Origin: Vulcanimicrobiota bacterium | GTDB taxonomy: Bacteria > Vulcanimicrobiota > Vulcanimicrobiia > Vulcanimicrobiales > Vulcanimicrobiaceae | DNA: 64,000 nucleotides | Reading direction: 5' to 3' | Assembly: GCA_963812155.1 (NCBI GenBank) | Contig: CAWETW010000002.1 | Coordinates: 174,577-238,576 of the forward strand | Shown: one piece after another, positions 47,768 through 57,657 of the stretch | Numbering within the stretch: position 1 is the stretch's first letter | Layout of the letters: the number at the start of each line of letters is the position of its first letter | Notes under the pieces: generated by a model | What the model was told of the DNA's origin: nothing | Databases searched by the model: none | The model's input: the letters and a program-made list of their open reading frames with translations, nothing else | Position numbers and translations under genes: made by a program

Positions 47768-48579
47768 GATGCGAACAACTCCTCGCAAATCTCATGGGCG
47801 AAATGGTTCGTGAGGTAACGGCGATGGGCCGGGGAGCCGTGAACGTCGTCGAGGTAGAGCTCGGGCGGAATCGTCGCATCGATGACCCCGCGAAGGTCGT
47901 GCGCGAGAAGCATTCGATCGAAACGCAACTGCACGGGATGAACCGTGGCGGCCGTGACGGTGACGACGACCTCGTCGTGTGCGCGGGTGCCGATCAACAG
48001 GACTGACGACCGTCCGAGGTGCGTCTGCGACGCGCGGCGGAACGCGTGGCGCCGCTCCAACACCGACGCGGACACGTGAATCGCGCGCAGCAGCTCGCCC
48101 GGCGCCAGCACGTTGGCGTGCACGCCCGTAACGAACTCCGCTGCCGGAATGCGGCGTGCAGAACCCTCACGAGGCCACAGCTCGTACGTCGCTTCCAACG
48201 CGACGGTCAGCGAAATCATGGGGCCGGCGGGAAGCGACATCACAATGTTGCCGCCGATCGTCGCTTCGTTCCAAATCTTGAAAGACGACAGGAACGATCG
48301 GCAGCACTCCGCGATCAGCCCTCCCGCGATCCACTGCTTCGGCGGGGCGAAAGCATACAGCTCGGCAATCTTGCACGTAGCCGCGATGTCGAGCCCGTCA
48401 CCGGTCGACGTCAGCGCCGGCCAACCCAGCGTTTCGAGATCGATGAGCGTGTCGGTCTGAATCTGCGGCTCGGAAAACAGCCACGTACCGCCGCCGAGCC
48501 ACGCGTTTCCGGGACGCCACCCTTGGATTTCTTCGAGCGTACGAGGACGTTTGACGTCCGTAATCGTGTTTAAATTCAC
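47764..48579 (-). CDS. FAD-binding (medium, CoxM/XdhB-like) subunit of the molybdenum hydroxylase
   Basis: FAD_binding_5-like WLGGGTWLF and ATIGGNI motifs, 271 aa. The GTG at 48579 overlaps the TAG of the upstream gene by 1 nt. Confidence 0.85.
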   Translation of the reverse strand: MNLNTITDVKRPRTLEEIQGWRPGNAWLGGGTWLFSEPQIQTDTLIDLETLGWPALTSTGDGLDIAATCKIAELYAFAPPKQWIAGGLIAECCRSFLSSFKIWNEATIGGNIVMSLPAGPMISLTVALEATYELWPREGSARRIPAAEFVTGVHANVLAPGELLRAIHVSASVLERRHAFRRASQTHLGRSSVLLIGTRAHDEVVVTVTAATVHPVQLRFDRMLLAHDLRGVIDATIPPELYLDDVHGSPAHRRYLTNHFAHEICEELFAS

Positions 48580-49532
48580 TACCCCAACAGCCTCCAGAAA
48601 ACAGCCAGCTCGATCGCGTAGCAGAAAAGCAAGATAAACGGCATCGCCGTCACGAGCGCTCGTTGTTGACCTTCGGGGTAGAGCCATGGATGAAACCCAC
48701 GAAGGGCCAGCGGCAGCAGCGGCCACGTTGTCAAGGCGACGCTAATGGCGTTTCCGGTAAAGGTTCCGAGCGCCGGCGAAAAACCGGCCATTTTCAACAC
48801 GGGATTGAGAAACTTCAATTCCAGCATGATGACCGGAAAGAGCACGAGTAAAATTAGCGAGGCCGTCTTCCACCTATTGGGCGGCCGCCCGGTCGCGGGA
48901 TCGGCTGGGACCCATCCCGGAAACGACGTGTCGACGCGCTGCGCGTCGAAGCCCTCGATGAGCTCGTCGGCTTCCTTCAGCAGGACAGCGCGTTCCGGCG
49001 ACTCGAGCCAGCGCTCGAGATCGCGAACCGCGTTGAAGCGCAACACCGTCGTCCACCCGGTTTCGTTCTGATGCGGCGGCTGTACGAACGATCCGATATA
49101 TCCGGGAAACGTTTGCTGCACCCGCTGAATCTTGTCCGCGAAGGCGCGGTACGCTTCGTCCTTCCCAACCTTTATGTGGGTGATGATGACTTCCGTCGCG
49201 CTTTGCTGAAGATAATATTCGACGGCCGCTTTGCCAGTAAGCTGCATCACAACGCCGCCTTCGACGAGCGCCCTCGCGCTTTCGATCAGGGCGCGATTCG
49301 CTTCGCTATGGCGCCACACTCGCAAAGCGTCGAGCGTAGCAAATCGGGCAATGCTGACTGTCTCGTCTTGGTCGGGGGTTTGCGGAACTTGTTCGCAGCT
49401 CTGCGCGCCGGGCGAGCGCAGCGCTTCGGCCTGCCAACGAGCTTGCCACGCGCGAAATTCCGGCTCTTTCCCTTCGCGCACGCACGCGCAGAGAATAAGC
49501 GTCGCTCCCAATCCCGGTGGCGTCGCGCCCAT
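48579..49532 (-). CDS. Two ABM (antibiotic-biosynthesis-monooxygenase-like) domains fused to a C-terminal multi-TM region
   Basis: Two ferredoxin-like ABM-type segments (TLILCACVREGKEPEFRAWQ...; EVIITHIKVGKDEAYRAFADK...) are followed by hydrophobic helices (LILLVLFPVIML..., AISVALTTWPLLPL..., PFILLFCYAIELAVFW). The ATG at 49532 has GGAGG 9 nt upstream; the ORF-track start at 49595 has no SD. Confidence 0.6.
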   Translation of the reverse strand: MGATPPGLGATLILCACVREGKEPEFRAWQARWQAEALRSPGAQSCEQVPQTPDQDETVSIARFATLDALRVWRHSEANRALIESARALVEGGVVMQLTGKAAVEYYLQQSATEVIITHIKVGKDEAYRAFADKIQRVQQTFPGYIGSFVQPPHQNETGWTTVLRFNAVRDLERWLESPERAVLLKEADELIEGFDAQRVDTSFPGWVPADPATGRPPNRWKTASLILLVLFPVIMLELKFLNPVLKMAGFSPALGTFTGNAISVALTTWPLLPLALRGFHPWLYPEGQQRALVTAMPFILLFCYAIELAVFWRLLG

Positions 49533-49619
49533 ATCGTAAAGCCTCCGCCAGACATTTTCCGCGAGCAGAGTCTGCGCCCTTGTGGAAGAACGCATTTTCG
49601 TGCCGGGCGTGCCGGACGG

Positions 49620-50054
49620 CTATTTCGGAGCGCTCGTCTCCTGCGCCGCGATGGCCATCCAAACGCCGTGTTCCTTAACGAAGACGTCCGTAAAGCGCTC
49701 GCGCACGGTTTTTCCGGATACCGTCATCGTATTCAAACCGTGCACGATTGCGGCCGAGCTGCCGGCGAAGTCGGTCGTCTGATCCGTCCATTTCATGGGC
49801 GGAGCCGGCTCGCTCGCGGTGGCAAGTTCCTGTGCACGGTCGAGCAGCTTTCCGTCGCTCGTCACGTGCTTATACTGTGGCGCGAGGATGGATGCGATCG
49901 TGGTGCGGTCGCCGGCCATCAACGCTTTCACCCATCGCGCTTCCAATTGCGCGATTGCGGCTTCGTCTGTCTGGGTTGTCGCAATCGCAGGCCGAACAGC
50001 GACTAACAACATGATGGTAGCGCATGCGAGCGCGCATCGTCCGATTTGAGTCAT
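49620..50054 (-). CDS. Secreted DUF4440/SnoaL-like (NTF2-fold) protein
   Basis: Signal peptide, followed by the pattern AAIAQLEARWVKALMAGD...LAPQY..V...G......VHG......GK.....FTDVFVKEHGVWMAIAAQ, typical of DUF4440. Confidence 0.65.
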   Translation of the reverse strand: MTQIGRCALACATIMLLVAVRPAIATTQTDEAAIAQLEARWVKALMAGDRTTIASILAPQYKHVTSDGKLLDRAQELATASEPAPPMKWTDQTTDFAGSSAAIVHGLNTMTVSGKTVRERFTDVFVKEHGVWMAIAAQETSAPK

Positions 50055-50251
50055 GCGACTCTACGTTCGCCGCCGTAGCTCCGGCGCCCTCAGATCGGAA
50101 TTACCGACGGTATGTATGGCGGATCAACAACCACCATAAACATTGTTCTTAGCAATCAAGGCTACGGTGCCGAACGTCTGTTCAGCGTCCGCAAAGGAAC
50201 TCACCAGATTGGGTATCCGTAGTACTAGAGAAATGGGGGGCAGAATCAGGC

Positions 50252-51197
50252 ATGCGAGTAATTGTTATCGGAGCAACCGGCGCGATCGGAAAACCGTTGG
50301 TCAGCCAGCTTCACGAGCGCGGGCACGAAGTCATCGGTACGTCGCGATCGGCGAGGAATTCGGAGCGACTCCGTGAGCTTGGTGCACAGCCCGTGGTTCT
50401 CAACGCGCTCGATCTGGAAGCGATGCGTAAGGCTTTTCGCGGAAACGCGCCCTGACGCCGTAATTTATCAGGCGACCGCTCTTTCAAATCTTTCGGATTT
50501 CAAGCACTTCGATCGGAGCTTCGCCGAGACCAATCGGCTGCGCACGGAGGGAACGGCCAACCTCGTCGCCGCCGCTCGCGAAACGGGGGTACGCCGGATC
50601 GTCGCCCAAAGTTTTTGCGGCAACATGCGCTACGAGCGCAGTGGCGGCCCGGTCAAGACCGAAGACGATCCCATCGACCCCAACCCGCCAAAAGGCACGC
50701 ACGAGTCGTTCGCAGCGATGGCGTATCTCGAAAAGGCCGTTACCGATGCCGGGGGAATCGCGTTGCGGTACGGCGGCTTTTACGGTAAGCCCAACGACGC
50801 ATTTGTAACTGCAGTGCGTGCGGGCAAGTTTCCAATCGTCGGCGATGGCGCCGGCGTGTGGTCATTGATTCACGTGGAGGACGCTGCTGCAGCAGCAATC
50901 GCCGCGCTCGACCATGACGGCGCCGCTATTTACAACATCGTCGATGACGAACCGGCGCCTTGTCGAGTTTGGTTACCGGAAGTCGCCAAGATCCTCGGCG
51001 CGAAGCCGCCGCCTCACCTCCCTGTATTTCTCGCGCGACTTCTGGCGGGCGAACCCATCGTTATTATGGAGACCGAATCGCGCGGCGCCTCGAACGCGAA
51101 GGCAAAGCGAGAACTTGGCTGGACGCTGAAATATCCGAGCTGGCGTCAGGGATTTGCAGCAGCGTACGGTCAGCAAGAGGCCGTGGCAATGCAATGA
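50252..51197 (+). pseudogene. NAD-dependent epimerase/dehydratase gene interrupted by a +1 frameshift (extra T in TTTT at 50434-50437)
   Basis: ORF 50252..50455 (MRVIVIGATGAIGKPLV...AMRKAFRGNAP*) and ORF 50262..51197 (..FAETRPDAVIYQATAL...) are two halves of one SDR-type protein. Removing one T gives a continuous ...MRKAFAETRPDAVIYQ... A sequencing error cannot be excluded. Confidence 0.7.
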
Positions 51198-51216
51198 TTC
51201 GCTCACAAGCCTTCGG

Positions 51217-54200
51217 CTAGTCACCGCCGATGACCGCCGGCGCCGTTCCGGTTCCCGACCAAACGGCGTGCACCGGTGCTGCGGTGAGCTGGCGCTCGTT
51301 GTGGTTCGACCACTGCAGACGGTACTTCTCGATCTTCAGCCTATCACCGGAACCGCCGCTCGCGAGCAGATCGGCACCAATCGTCGTCGAGGTCGTCGCC
51401 ACGCGCACTGCCGATGCGCCGGAGAACGGTTTAAATGAAGCTATTTCGCTGAAGTTCGAAGCGAGTTCGTGCATCATCGCGCTGCGCAGGTACATCTTCG
51501 GAGCACCTTGGAGTGCGGTCGTCGTTGAAAACAGCTTTACCGTACCGGCTGCGGAGAGTTGACCGACGGCAATCGCTTCAGCGCCGCCGTACTGACCGGC
51601 GAGCCAACCCGTCGCGACCGAAATCGGCCCGCGATAGCCGTCGCCGAAGGGCATGAACGCGGCATCGAGATGCGGAGTGCCCGGATTGTTCGGCCACGCC
51701 GGCGGCGCACCGATCGGCGTCATGAGTGAGTACGAGAACACCTTGACCTGACCGCCGCTGCCGGAAGCGGTCACGATACTGTTGCGTCCGGTGAGGAAAT
51801 CGACAAATCCAGCGGCCAGGTTTACGCCGGAAGCGTCGTCGCCGTAGGGCTCAAACGTTGCGAACGTCGCCGGCGCCGTGCCGACGCGGGGAAGCTCGCT
51901 GCCAAAAATACGGACCTGATCTTTCGAGCCGGCGCCGGAACCAACGATGATGTTGTCCGGCGCTCGTCCATCGATTTGCGTGGAAGCGACGCTCACGCCT
52001 CCGGTCTGCGCGGCGTCGAACGCTTGGAACCGTGCCAGTTCGGCCGTAAACGGCTTACCTCCACTCCCGGCTGCGCCGGAATACGCCACCACTTCGGGCG
52101 AGTGTCCCTTGCCGGCGCCGACGATAAGGTCGTACACGCCGTCGCCGTCTACGTCGCCCATCGCGACGCTCGGCGTGCCGAAGAAGTCTGGGAATGGTGT
52201 CACGCTTCCGATCAAACGATCGCCGTTACCGTCGAAGACCTTGACGGTCGCCGGACGGCCGGGCGAACCCGAAACTGCCACCGCGTAGGCGGAGACGGCG
52301 GGAATGACGTTCACGAGCATCATCAACCCGTTGTCTTCGTGGTTGAGCCGATGACAATGCAGCACGTACAAGCCCAAGTAGTCGATGAAGTGCGTCCGCA
52401 TCGACAGGGTACCGGGCTGGATCACTGACTCTTCGGGCCCAAGCAGCGGTGCAGGAACGTTGGCGTTGTCCTCACCGTGCATTTGCGGTCCGAGCTTGAG
52501 CCCGGTCGTCGGATCGTGATACGCGGTGACCTGGAAGTCGTTAACGTGCACGTGAATCGGGTGCGCGTCGTTATTGTGGTTAACGAAGTCCCATTCTTCC
52601 ACCGAACCGAGCCGCGCTTGAATCAAGGGCACGTTGGGAAACGCGTTTCCAAAAAACGCGTAGACGAACGCCTTAGGATCCTGCTTGCTGGCGTGGTTGT
52701 TCAGGAATCCGCCGTTGATGAGCAAGGTGCGCTTGACGTCGGGTGTGACCTTGGAGAGATCGTGGAACGGCGTCGGAGCGTCGAGCTGCTGTCCCGGCGC
52801 AAACGCGGTCATCACGCCTTGACCTTCCTCGGGAACCGCGTTGAGCAGCGCCTGCGACGGGAACATGAAAAATCCGTCGGCGTAGCTGATCGACTCGGGC
52901 AGGATGCTCAACGAGCCCAAATGTGCCGGCGGATTCTTCGTGCCATCGTTGGTGTAGAGGATGCCGGGCGCCGAGAGCGCACGGGCGCCCGAACCCAGAC
53001 CCGGCAACTCCATACGCAGGCCACCTTTGGCCGGCATCGTCACGGCAATCGCATAGCGCGATGCGGGTGGAATCAGCAACTCCGTTCCGTCCATCTCGTG
53101 CGGATACTCTACTCGACCGTATGCGATGCCGTCTTGTCCGACGATCGCGATCTTCGGATGATAACCGGTCGCGGTCTCGGTCAGCCGCACGTTCATGTAC
53201 GCGATGTCGCTGACATTCGCGAGTACCCAAATTTCGGTTTGCCCTGGTTTGACTTTCAGCACCGGCTCGAGCTGGCCGTTCACGGTGAATTGTGTGTCGC
53301 GCTCGTAGTCGGGGAGCTTGAGGTTGGCTTTCATCACGGGCCCGTCTTTGGCGAACGGCGTAAAGCGCTGCAAGTTCAGGGGCACGAACTGGAAGCGGCC
53401 GCGCTTGTTATCAATCGAAAGCGGTCCCGTGTACCATACCGTGGCCCACTGCGTGCCCTTCTTCGACTGCAGGAAGTTCACCGGCGCGAGGAGTGGACGA
53501 TAGGTGCCGTTGGCGAGTTGGTCGCCCTCGGGTTTGATCAACGTGCTGACCCACTGCGGCCAGTTCGGGTTGGTCATCTGGGCCATTCCGTCTTTGCGAT
53601 CGAAGACGGTGTTGTACTGCAGCAGCATCGTCCGAATCGGAACGTGGTTTTGCGTGACCAGCGGGATGTCGCTGTCGGCGCGTCCCACCAGCAGCATGCC
53701 GGCCAAACCGAAGTACGTTTGCATCGCCGTGAGCGTGTGCAGGTGGCTGTGATACCAGAACGTGCCCGGCGTCATGTTCTTGGGAATGTCGTAAACGTAG
53801 GTGTTTGACATTCCGGCATCGATGTGCAGCAGCACGTTGTCGGCGTTTCCGCGCGGGCTGACGTGGGCGCCATGCACGTGCAGGTTGATCGGCGACGACG
53901 TCAGCATCGTCGGATACTTAGGCACCGTCTGCCCAACCGGCGTGTATTTTGGATCGTAGTAGTCCGGGATGGAAAGATTGCGCAGCTCGTTGTTAATGTG
54001 AACGATGAGCCGTTCGCCGGGCTCGACGTGGAGCGTCGGCGCGGGATACATGTGGCCGCCCGACATTTGGCCGTCAGAAGACGTACCGCGCTGCACGGAG
54101 TAATCGAAGAGCAGCATATTCTTAACAGGCTGCGCGACCGTATCGAGCGTTCCGGTGGTCTGGCGTGGCGTCAGCGTCACCTCGAGTACGCCGTCTTTGC

Positions 54201-54342
54201 TCGAAAGGACCACCGGTTCTGCGAACGGGCGTCCGCCCATGGGTGGATCGGCGGCAGCTCCGCTCGCGAACGCCAACGCAACAAGCAATACGGAAAAAGC
54301 AAAAATCCGCGACATTGCAACGAGCCCCCTGTTAAGGCGCAA
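51217..54342 (-). CDS. Secreted multicopper oxidase fused to a C-terminal FG-GAP/integrin-like beta-propeller
   Basis: Signal peptide. All four MCO copper motifs are in order: LHVHGAHV, WYHSHLH, HPIHVHVN, HCHRLNHEDNGLM. The last about 400 aa carry repeats such as GDVDGDGVYDLIVGAGKG..EVVAY, IIVGSGAGSKDQVRIF and IVTASGSGGQVKVF. Confidence 0.85.
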   Translation of the reverse strand: MRLNRGLVAMSRIFAFSVLLVALAFASGAAADPPMGGRPFAEPVVLSSKDGVLEVTLTPRQTTGTLDTVAQPVKNMLLFDYSVQRGTSSDGQMSGGHMYPAPTLHVEPGERLIVHINNELRNLSIPDYYDPKYTPVGQTVPKYPTMLTSSPINLHVHGAHVSPRGNADNVLLHIDAGMSNTYVYDIPKNMTPGTFWYHSHLHTLTAMQTYFGLAGMLLVGRADSDIPLVTQNHVPIRTMLLQYNTVFDRKDGMAQMTNPNWPQWVSTLIKPEGDQLANGTYRPLLAPVNFLQSKKGTQWATVWYTGPLSIDNKRGRFQFVPLNLQRFTPFAKDGPVMKANLKLPDYERDTQFTVNGQLEPVLKVKPGQTEIWVLANVSDIAYMNVRLTETATGYHPKIAIVGQDGIAYGRVEYPHEMDGTELLIPPASRYAIAVTMPAKGGLRMELPGLGSGARALSAPGILYTNDGTKNPPAHLGSLSILPESISYADGFFMFPSQALLNAVPEEGQGVMTAFAPGQQLDAPTPFHDLSKVTPDVKRTLLINGGFLNNHASKQDPKAFVYAFFGNAFPNVPLIQARLGSVEEWDFVNHNNDAHPIHVHVNDFQVTAYHDPTTGLKLGPQMHGEDNANVPAPLLGPEESVIQPGTLSMRTHFIDYLGLYVLHCHRLNHEDNGLMMLVNVIPAVSAYAVAVSGSPGRPATVKVFDGNGDRLIGSVTPFPDFFGTPSVAMGDVDGDGVYDLIVGAGKGHSPEVVAYSGAAGSGGKPFTAELARFQAFDAAQTGGVSVASTQIDGRAPDNIIVGSGAGSKDQVRIFGSELPRVGTAPATFATFEPYGDDASGVNLAAGFVDFLTGRNSIVTASGSGGQVKVFSYSLMTPIGAPPAWPNNPGTPHLDAAFMPFGDGYRGPISVATGWLAGQYGGAEAIAVGQLSAAGTVKLFSTTTALQGAPKMYLRSAMMHELASNFSEIASFKPFSGASAVRVATTSTTIGADLLASGGSGDRLKIEKYRLQWSNHNERQLTAAPVHAVWSGTGTAPAVIGGD

Positions 54343-54431
54343 CGCGACTATGCTCTGAAAAGTTGTATGGAATGCGGGCCCGGTCCTTTGGCGGGGGAAC
54401 GATTTACCTTGGCGAACGCTATGGAATTACT

Positions 54432-56270
54432 ATGCGCTTGCCTGGCCTCATCGTTTTGAGCGGCTGCGTTTTCGCTCTTGCCGCCTCTTCCTCAGCTAGT
54501 ACGATCAAGCCGTTTCCGGTAAAGGCGGCGCATCCGCACGGGATCGTCTACAATCCGGCCGGCCCGCTTCGAGGTCTCTGGTTCGATAACCGAACGACGG
54601 ACGACACGTCGAGCGTCGTCGAGTTCGACACGAGCAATGGGTCCGAAAAGACATATCTGACGCCGACGCCTGGTTCGCAACCTGGTTCGATTAACATTGC
54701 TGCCGATCACTCGATCTGGTTCACCGAAAGCGCCGCGAACAAGATCGCGACGGTAACTCTCGCGCGTACGATCAAGGAATATCCCGTGCCCACGCCGCGT
54801 GCGTTTCCGCTCGACATCACGCGCGGCCCCGACGGCGCCATGTGGTTCGTCGAGGAGGCAGTCGGCAAGATCGGCCGCATCGCGCCCAACGGAACGGTCA
54901 AAGAGTTCGTCGTGGGCGACCGCAACAGCCATCCTACTGCATTGATCACGGGGCCCGACAAAGCGATATGGTTTACCGAGGTCGGGGTCGGCAAGATCGG
55001 ACGCTTGACGACGACCGGCAAGGTAAGTCATTTCAGCGCCGGAGCGGGAACGATGACCGGCGATATCACGACCGCGATTGACGATTCGTTCTGGTTCGGC
55101 AAACACGCTGCGGTGACGCGCATGACGACAACCGGAGCGCTCACCGAGTACAAGCTGCCGAACGCTATCAATACGGGATCGATTTTTGGCAGCCGGAACG
55201 GCGGCGTGTTTATCGGCGTGATGCATAAGGATGGCATCGGCTCGGTCACGACGGTTTCGGCGGACGGCAAACTCCGGCAGTTCGACCTTCCGCAAAAGAA
55301 CCTGATGCCGGCCGAATTCGCACAGACTGCCGACGGCGCGTTCTGGATGGCGGTCGACAGCTTCGACCCGCACGCTTCGCCGGCACAACTCTTCACCTTG
55401 CCGTTGCCGGCCGTAACCGATCTGCCGCGAACCACGATCGTCACGGGAGGCGGTCCGGACTGGATGGCGACCGGCGCGGGCGCGATGTGGATCGCGAATA
55501 TTAGCCTAAAGGAAGTCGAGCGCATCGACGCGGCGACGAACGCGATCACCGCGCGCATCAAGGTCGACGGCGTCCCGTGCTCGGGCGCAGCATTCGGCTT
55601 TTCGAGCGTGTGGATTCCGCTGTGCGAAAACGGTAAAGGGACGTCGCTGGTGCGGATCGATGCGCCAACCAAGCGCGTCGCGGCGACGCTGCAGATTGCG
55701 CCCGCGAACTCCGAAGGCGGGATTACGGTCAGCGGCGACAGCGTTTGGATGGCGACCGGCGATACGACCCTGTCGCGTATCGATCCGTCGAGCGGCAAAG
55801 TCCGCCAGCGCGTTGCCGTGCCGGCCGGTTCGCAGAATCCCGTTTACGACGACGGTCTCGTATGGATTACGAGCAAAGCATCAAACGTCCTAACGGCGGT
55901 CGACGCAGCGAACGGGCGCGTTGTAGCAAAAGTTCCGGTTCCGGGCGGTCCGCATTTCATTGCGGCCGGCGGCGGCGGAATATGGACCATTGGCCAGAAC
56001 GACGGTGTGGTGACCCGTGTCGATCCGCGCGCGAAGCGGGTCGCCGCACGGATCAATGCCAACATCGCCGGCTTCGGCGGCGACGTGACGTATGGGGCCG
56101 GATACGTATGGACGACCCTCGTCGACGTCCCGCTAACGAAGATCGACGCGACTACGAACCGCATCGTTGCGCAGTACTACGGCCGCGGCGGCGATGCGAT
56201 CCATTTCAACTACGGCACGGTGTGGCTGGCAGATTATAACAACCATTTGGTGTGGCGGATTAAGCCCTGA
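54432..56270 (+). CDS. Secreted double beta-propeller protein: Vgb (streptogramin lyase)-like repeats followed by YncE/YVTN-like repeats
   Basis: ATG at 54432 with a signal peptide. The N-terminal half has repeated GPD.A.WF.E...GKIGR....G.V.EF units, as in virginiamycin B lyase relatives. The C-terminal half has about 40-aa repeats (V..RI.V.G.P....). This is pattern recognition only. Confidence 0.6.
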   Translation: MRLPGLIVLSGCVFALAASSSASTIKPFPVKAAHPHGIVYNPAGPLRGLWFDNRTTDDTSSVVEFDTSNGSEKTYLTPTPGSQPGSINIAADHSIWFTESAANKIATVTLARTIKEYPVPTPRAFPLDITRGPDGAMWFVEEAVGKIGRIAPNGTVKEFVVGDRNSHPTALITGPDKAIWFTEVGVGKIGRLTTTGKVSHFSAGAGTMTGDITTAIDDSFWFGKHAAVTRMTTTGALTEYKLPNAINTGSIFGSRNGGVFIGVMHKDGIGSVTTVSADGKLRQFDLPQKNLMPAEFAQTADGAFWMAVDSFDPHASPAQLFTLPLPAVTDLPRTTIVTGGGPDWMATGAGAMWIANISLKEVERIDAATNAITARIKVDGVPCSGAAFGFSSVWIPLCENGKGTSLVRIDAPTKRVAATLQIAPANSEGGITVSGDSVWMATGDTTLSRIDPSSGKVRQRVAVPAGSQNPVYDDGLVWITSKASNVLTAVDAANGRVVAKVPVPGGPHFIAAGGGGIWTIGQNDGVVTRVDPRAKRVAARINANIAGFGGDVTYGAGYVWTTLVDVPLTKIDATTNRIVAQYYGRGGDAIHFNYGTVWLADYNNHLVWRIKP

Positions 56271-56296
56271 CTATTTCCCGCAGCACCAACGGAGCG

Positions 56297-57625
56297 TTGA
56301 CTTTGCTTTTTGCAGTCTTGCTTCTGGGAAGCACTGCGCCGATATTGTCTCCACCGGTCGATTACCGACCGCCCGTGCCACGCGCGACTCCATCGGCCGA
56401 GCCGTCCGGCGGCGGGTCGAGCCTTACGATCTTCGGCCAACTTAGCGGTCAATACGCAGCGAATACGACCGGCGGGCAACAGTTGGCCGACGCTTTCGCC
56501 ACGTCGTTTTTATTTGGTGCCAACTACTCGCTCGCGCACAAACGGGCCGATGAGGCGGGAACGCTCCACTTCATTTTTACCGACGCCTTTGGGAGCAGCC
56601 TCTCGCAAAACGCACTCGGAAGCATCACGATCGTTCAGGGTGCCTACTGTTGCGGCGAAACGCCCCGGCTCACGCTCCTCAGCTACGAGCAGAACGCCGG
56701 CAAGTTCGACATACAGGCCGGGCGCCTCCCCATGCAAGGCGACCTCTTTTCGTCGTACGATTATTGGCAGTGCAATGTTTTATGCTTTTACCAAAACGGT
56801 ACGATCTCCAACGCAACGCCGGCCAACGACGGATATTCGTTCTTCCCAATGTCGGTGTGGGGTGCAAATGCACGGTTCGCTCCCTCGCAACACTTCTACG
56901 TCAGAACGGGGGTCTATCAAGCCACGCCGCTTTCGGAAATGAACCGCGGGCAGGGATTCAACCTAGGTTTTAACGGGTCGACCGGCGTCGACTTTCCGCT
57001 CGAGTTCGGCTTTTTGAACCACGATCCTAAAGGAAACTACACCGGAGGCGTCCGTTTGGGTGCGTACTACGACACGTCGAACGCCTTGGGTGCGGAGAGC
57101 TCTCTCGGCGCCTTCGTCGCGCCGGACAATCCAGCGCTAAGCCAAATTCCTACGACGTTATATCGCGGGCAAAAAGGCGCGTGGGTTTACCTCGACCGTC
57201 TCGTCAGCGGTTCGTCCGCTCCAAACGAGCCCGGCGTGATGCTCTGGGGTACCTATTCGTATGGCGACCCGCAAACGGCACAGTTCGTCAACATGGCGCA
57301 GGCCGGTTTCATCCAGCATGGTACGTTTCGTAATCGTCCCAACGATACGATTGCCTTCAGCTGGTCGTACCTCGACGTCAATCCGCGTTTGCGAACGTTC
57401 GAGTATCAACTGCAGCGACAGGGATATGCTGTTCCGATAAATGGCGTCGAACAAGGCCTCGAACTCAACTACGGTATCGACGTCGGCGAATGGGGTTTTT
57501 TCCGGCCCGCGATTCAATACATCATCAACCCCGCGGGTCAGACGGGCGGGTACGTCTATCCGGGCGGCGTCGTCGGATTACATAACGAGCTCGTCTTCGG
57601 TTTCAACGCGACGTGGCTCTACTGA
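56297..57625 (+). CDS. Outer-membrane beta-barrel porin, OprB (carbohydrate-selective porin)-like
   Basis: Alternating amphipathic strand pattern, aromatic girdle residues and a terminal ...FGFNATWLY ending in an aromatic residue. Overall resemblance to the OprB family (from memory). Confidence 0.55.
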   Translation: MTLLFAVLLLGSTAPILSPPVDYRPPVPRATPSAEPSGGGSSLTIFGQLSGQYAANTTGGQQLADAFATSFLFGANYSLAHKRADEAGTLHFIFTDAFGSSLSQNALGSITIVQGAYCCGETPRLTLLSYEQNAGKFDIQAGRLPMQGDLFSSYDYWQCNVLCFYQNGTISNATPANDGYSFFPMSVWGANARFAPSQHFYVRTGVYQATPLSEMNRGQGFNLGFNGSTGVDFPLEFGFLNHDPKGNYTGGVRLGAYYDTSNALGAESSLGAFVAPDNPALSQIPTTLYRGQKGAWVYLDRLVSGSSAPNEPGVMLWGTYSYGDPQTAQFVNMAQAGFIQHGTFRNRPNDTIAFSWSYLDVNPRLRTFEYQLQRQGYAVPINGVEQGLELNYGIDVGEWGFFRPAIQYIINPAGQTGGYVYPGGVVGLHNELVFGFNATWLY

Positions 57626-57657
57626 GCTGCTGAGTGACTTTTGGGGGGCTTTCCAAA

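Noticed and set aside
46595-47818. 407-aa plus-strand ORF, and likewise 52477..53808 (443 aa), 40821..41990 (389 aa) and 15290..16243 (317 aa)
   Set aside because: All are antisense or alternate-frame shadows of confidently identified genes (XDH-family enzyme, multicopper oxidase, GT39, APC permease). None has recognisable motifs.
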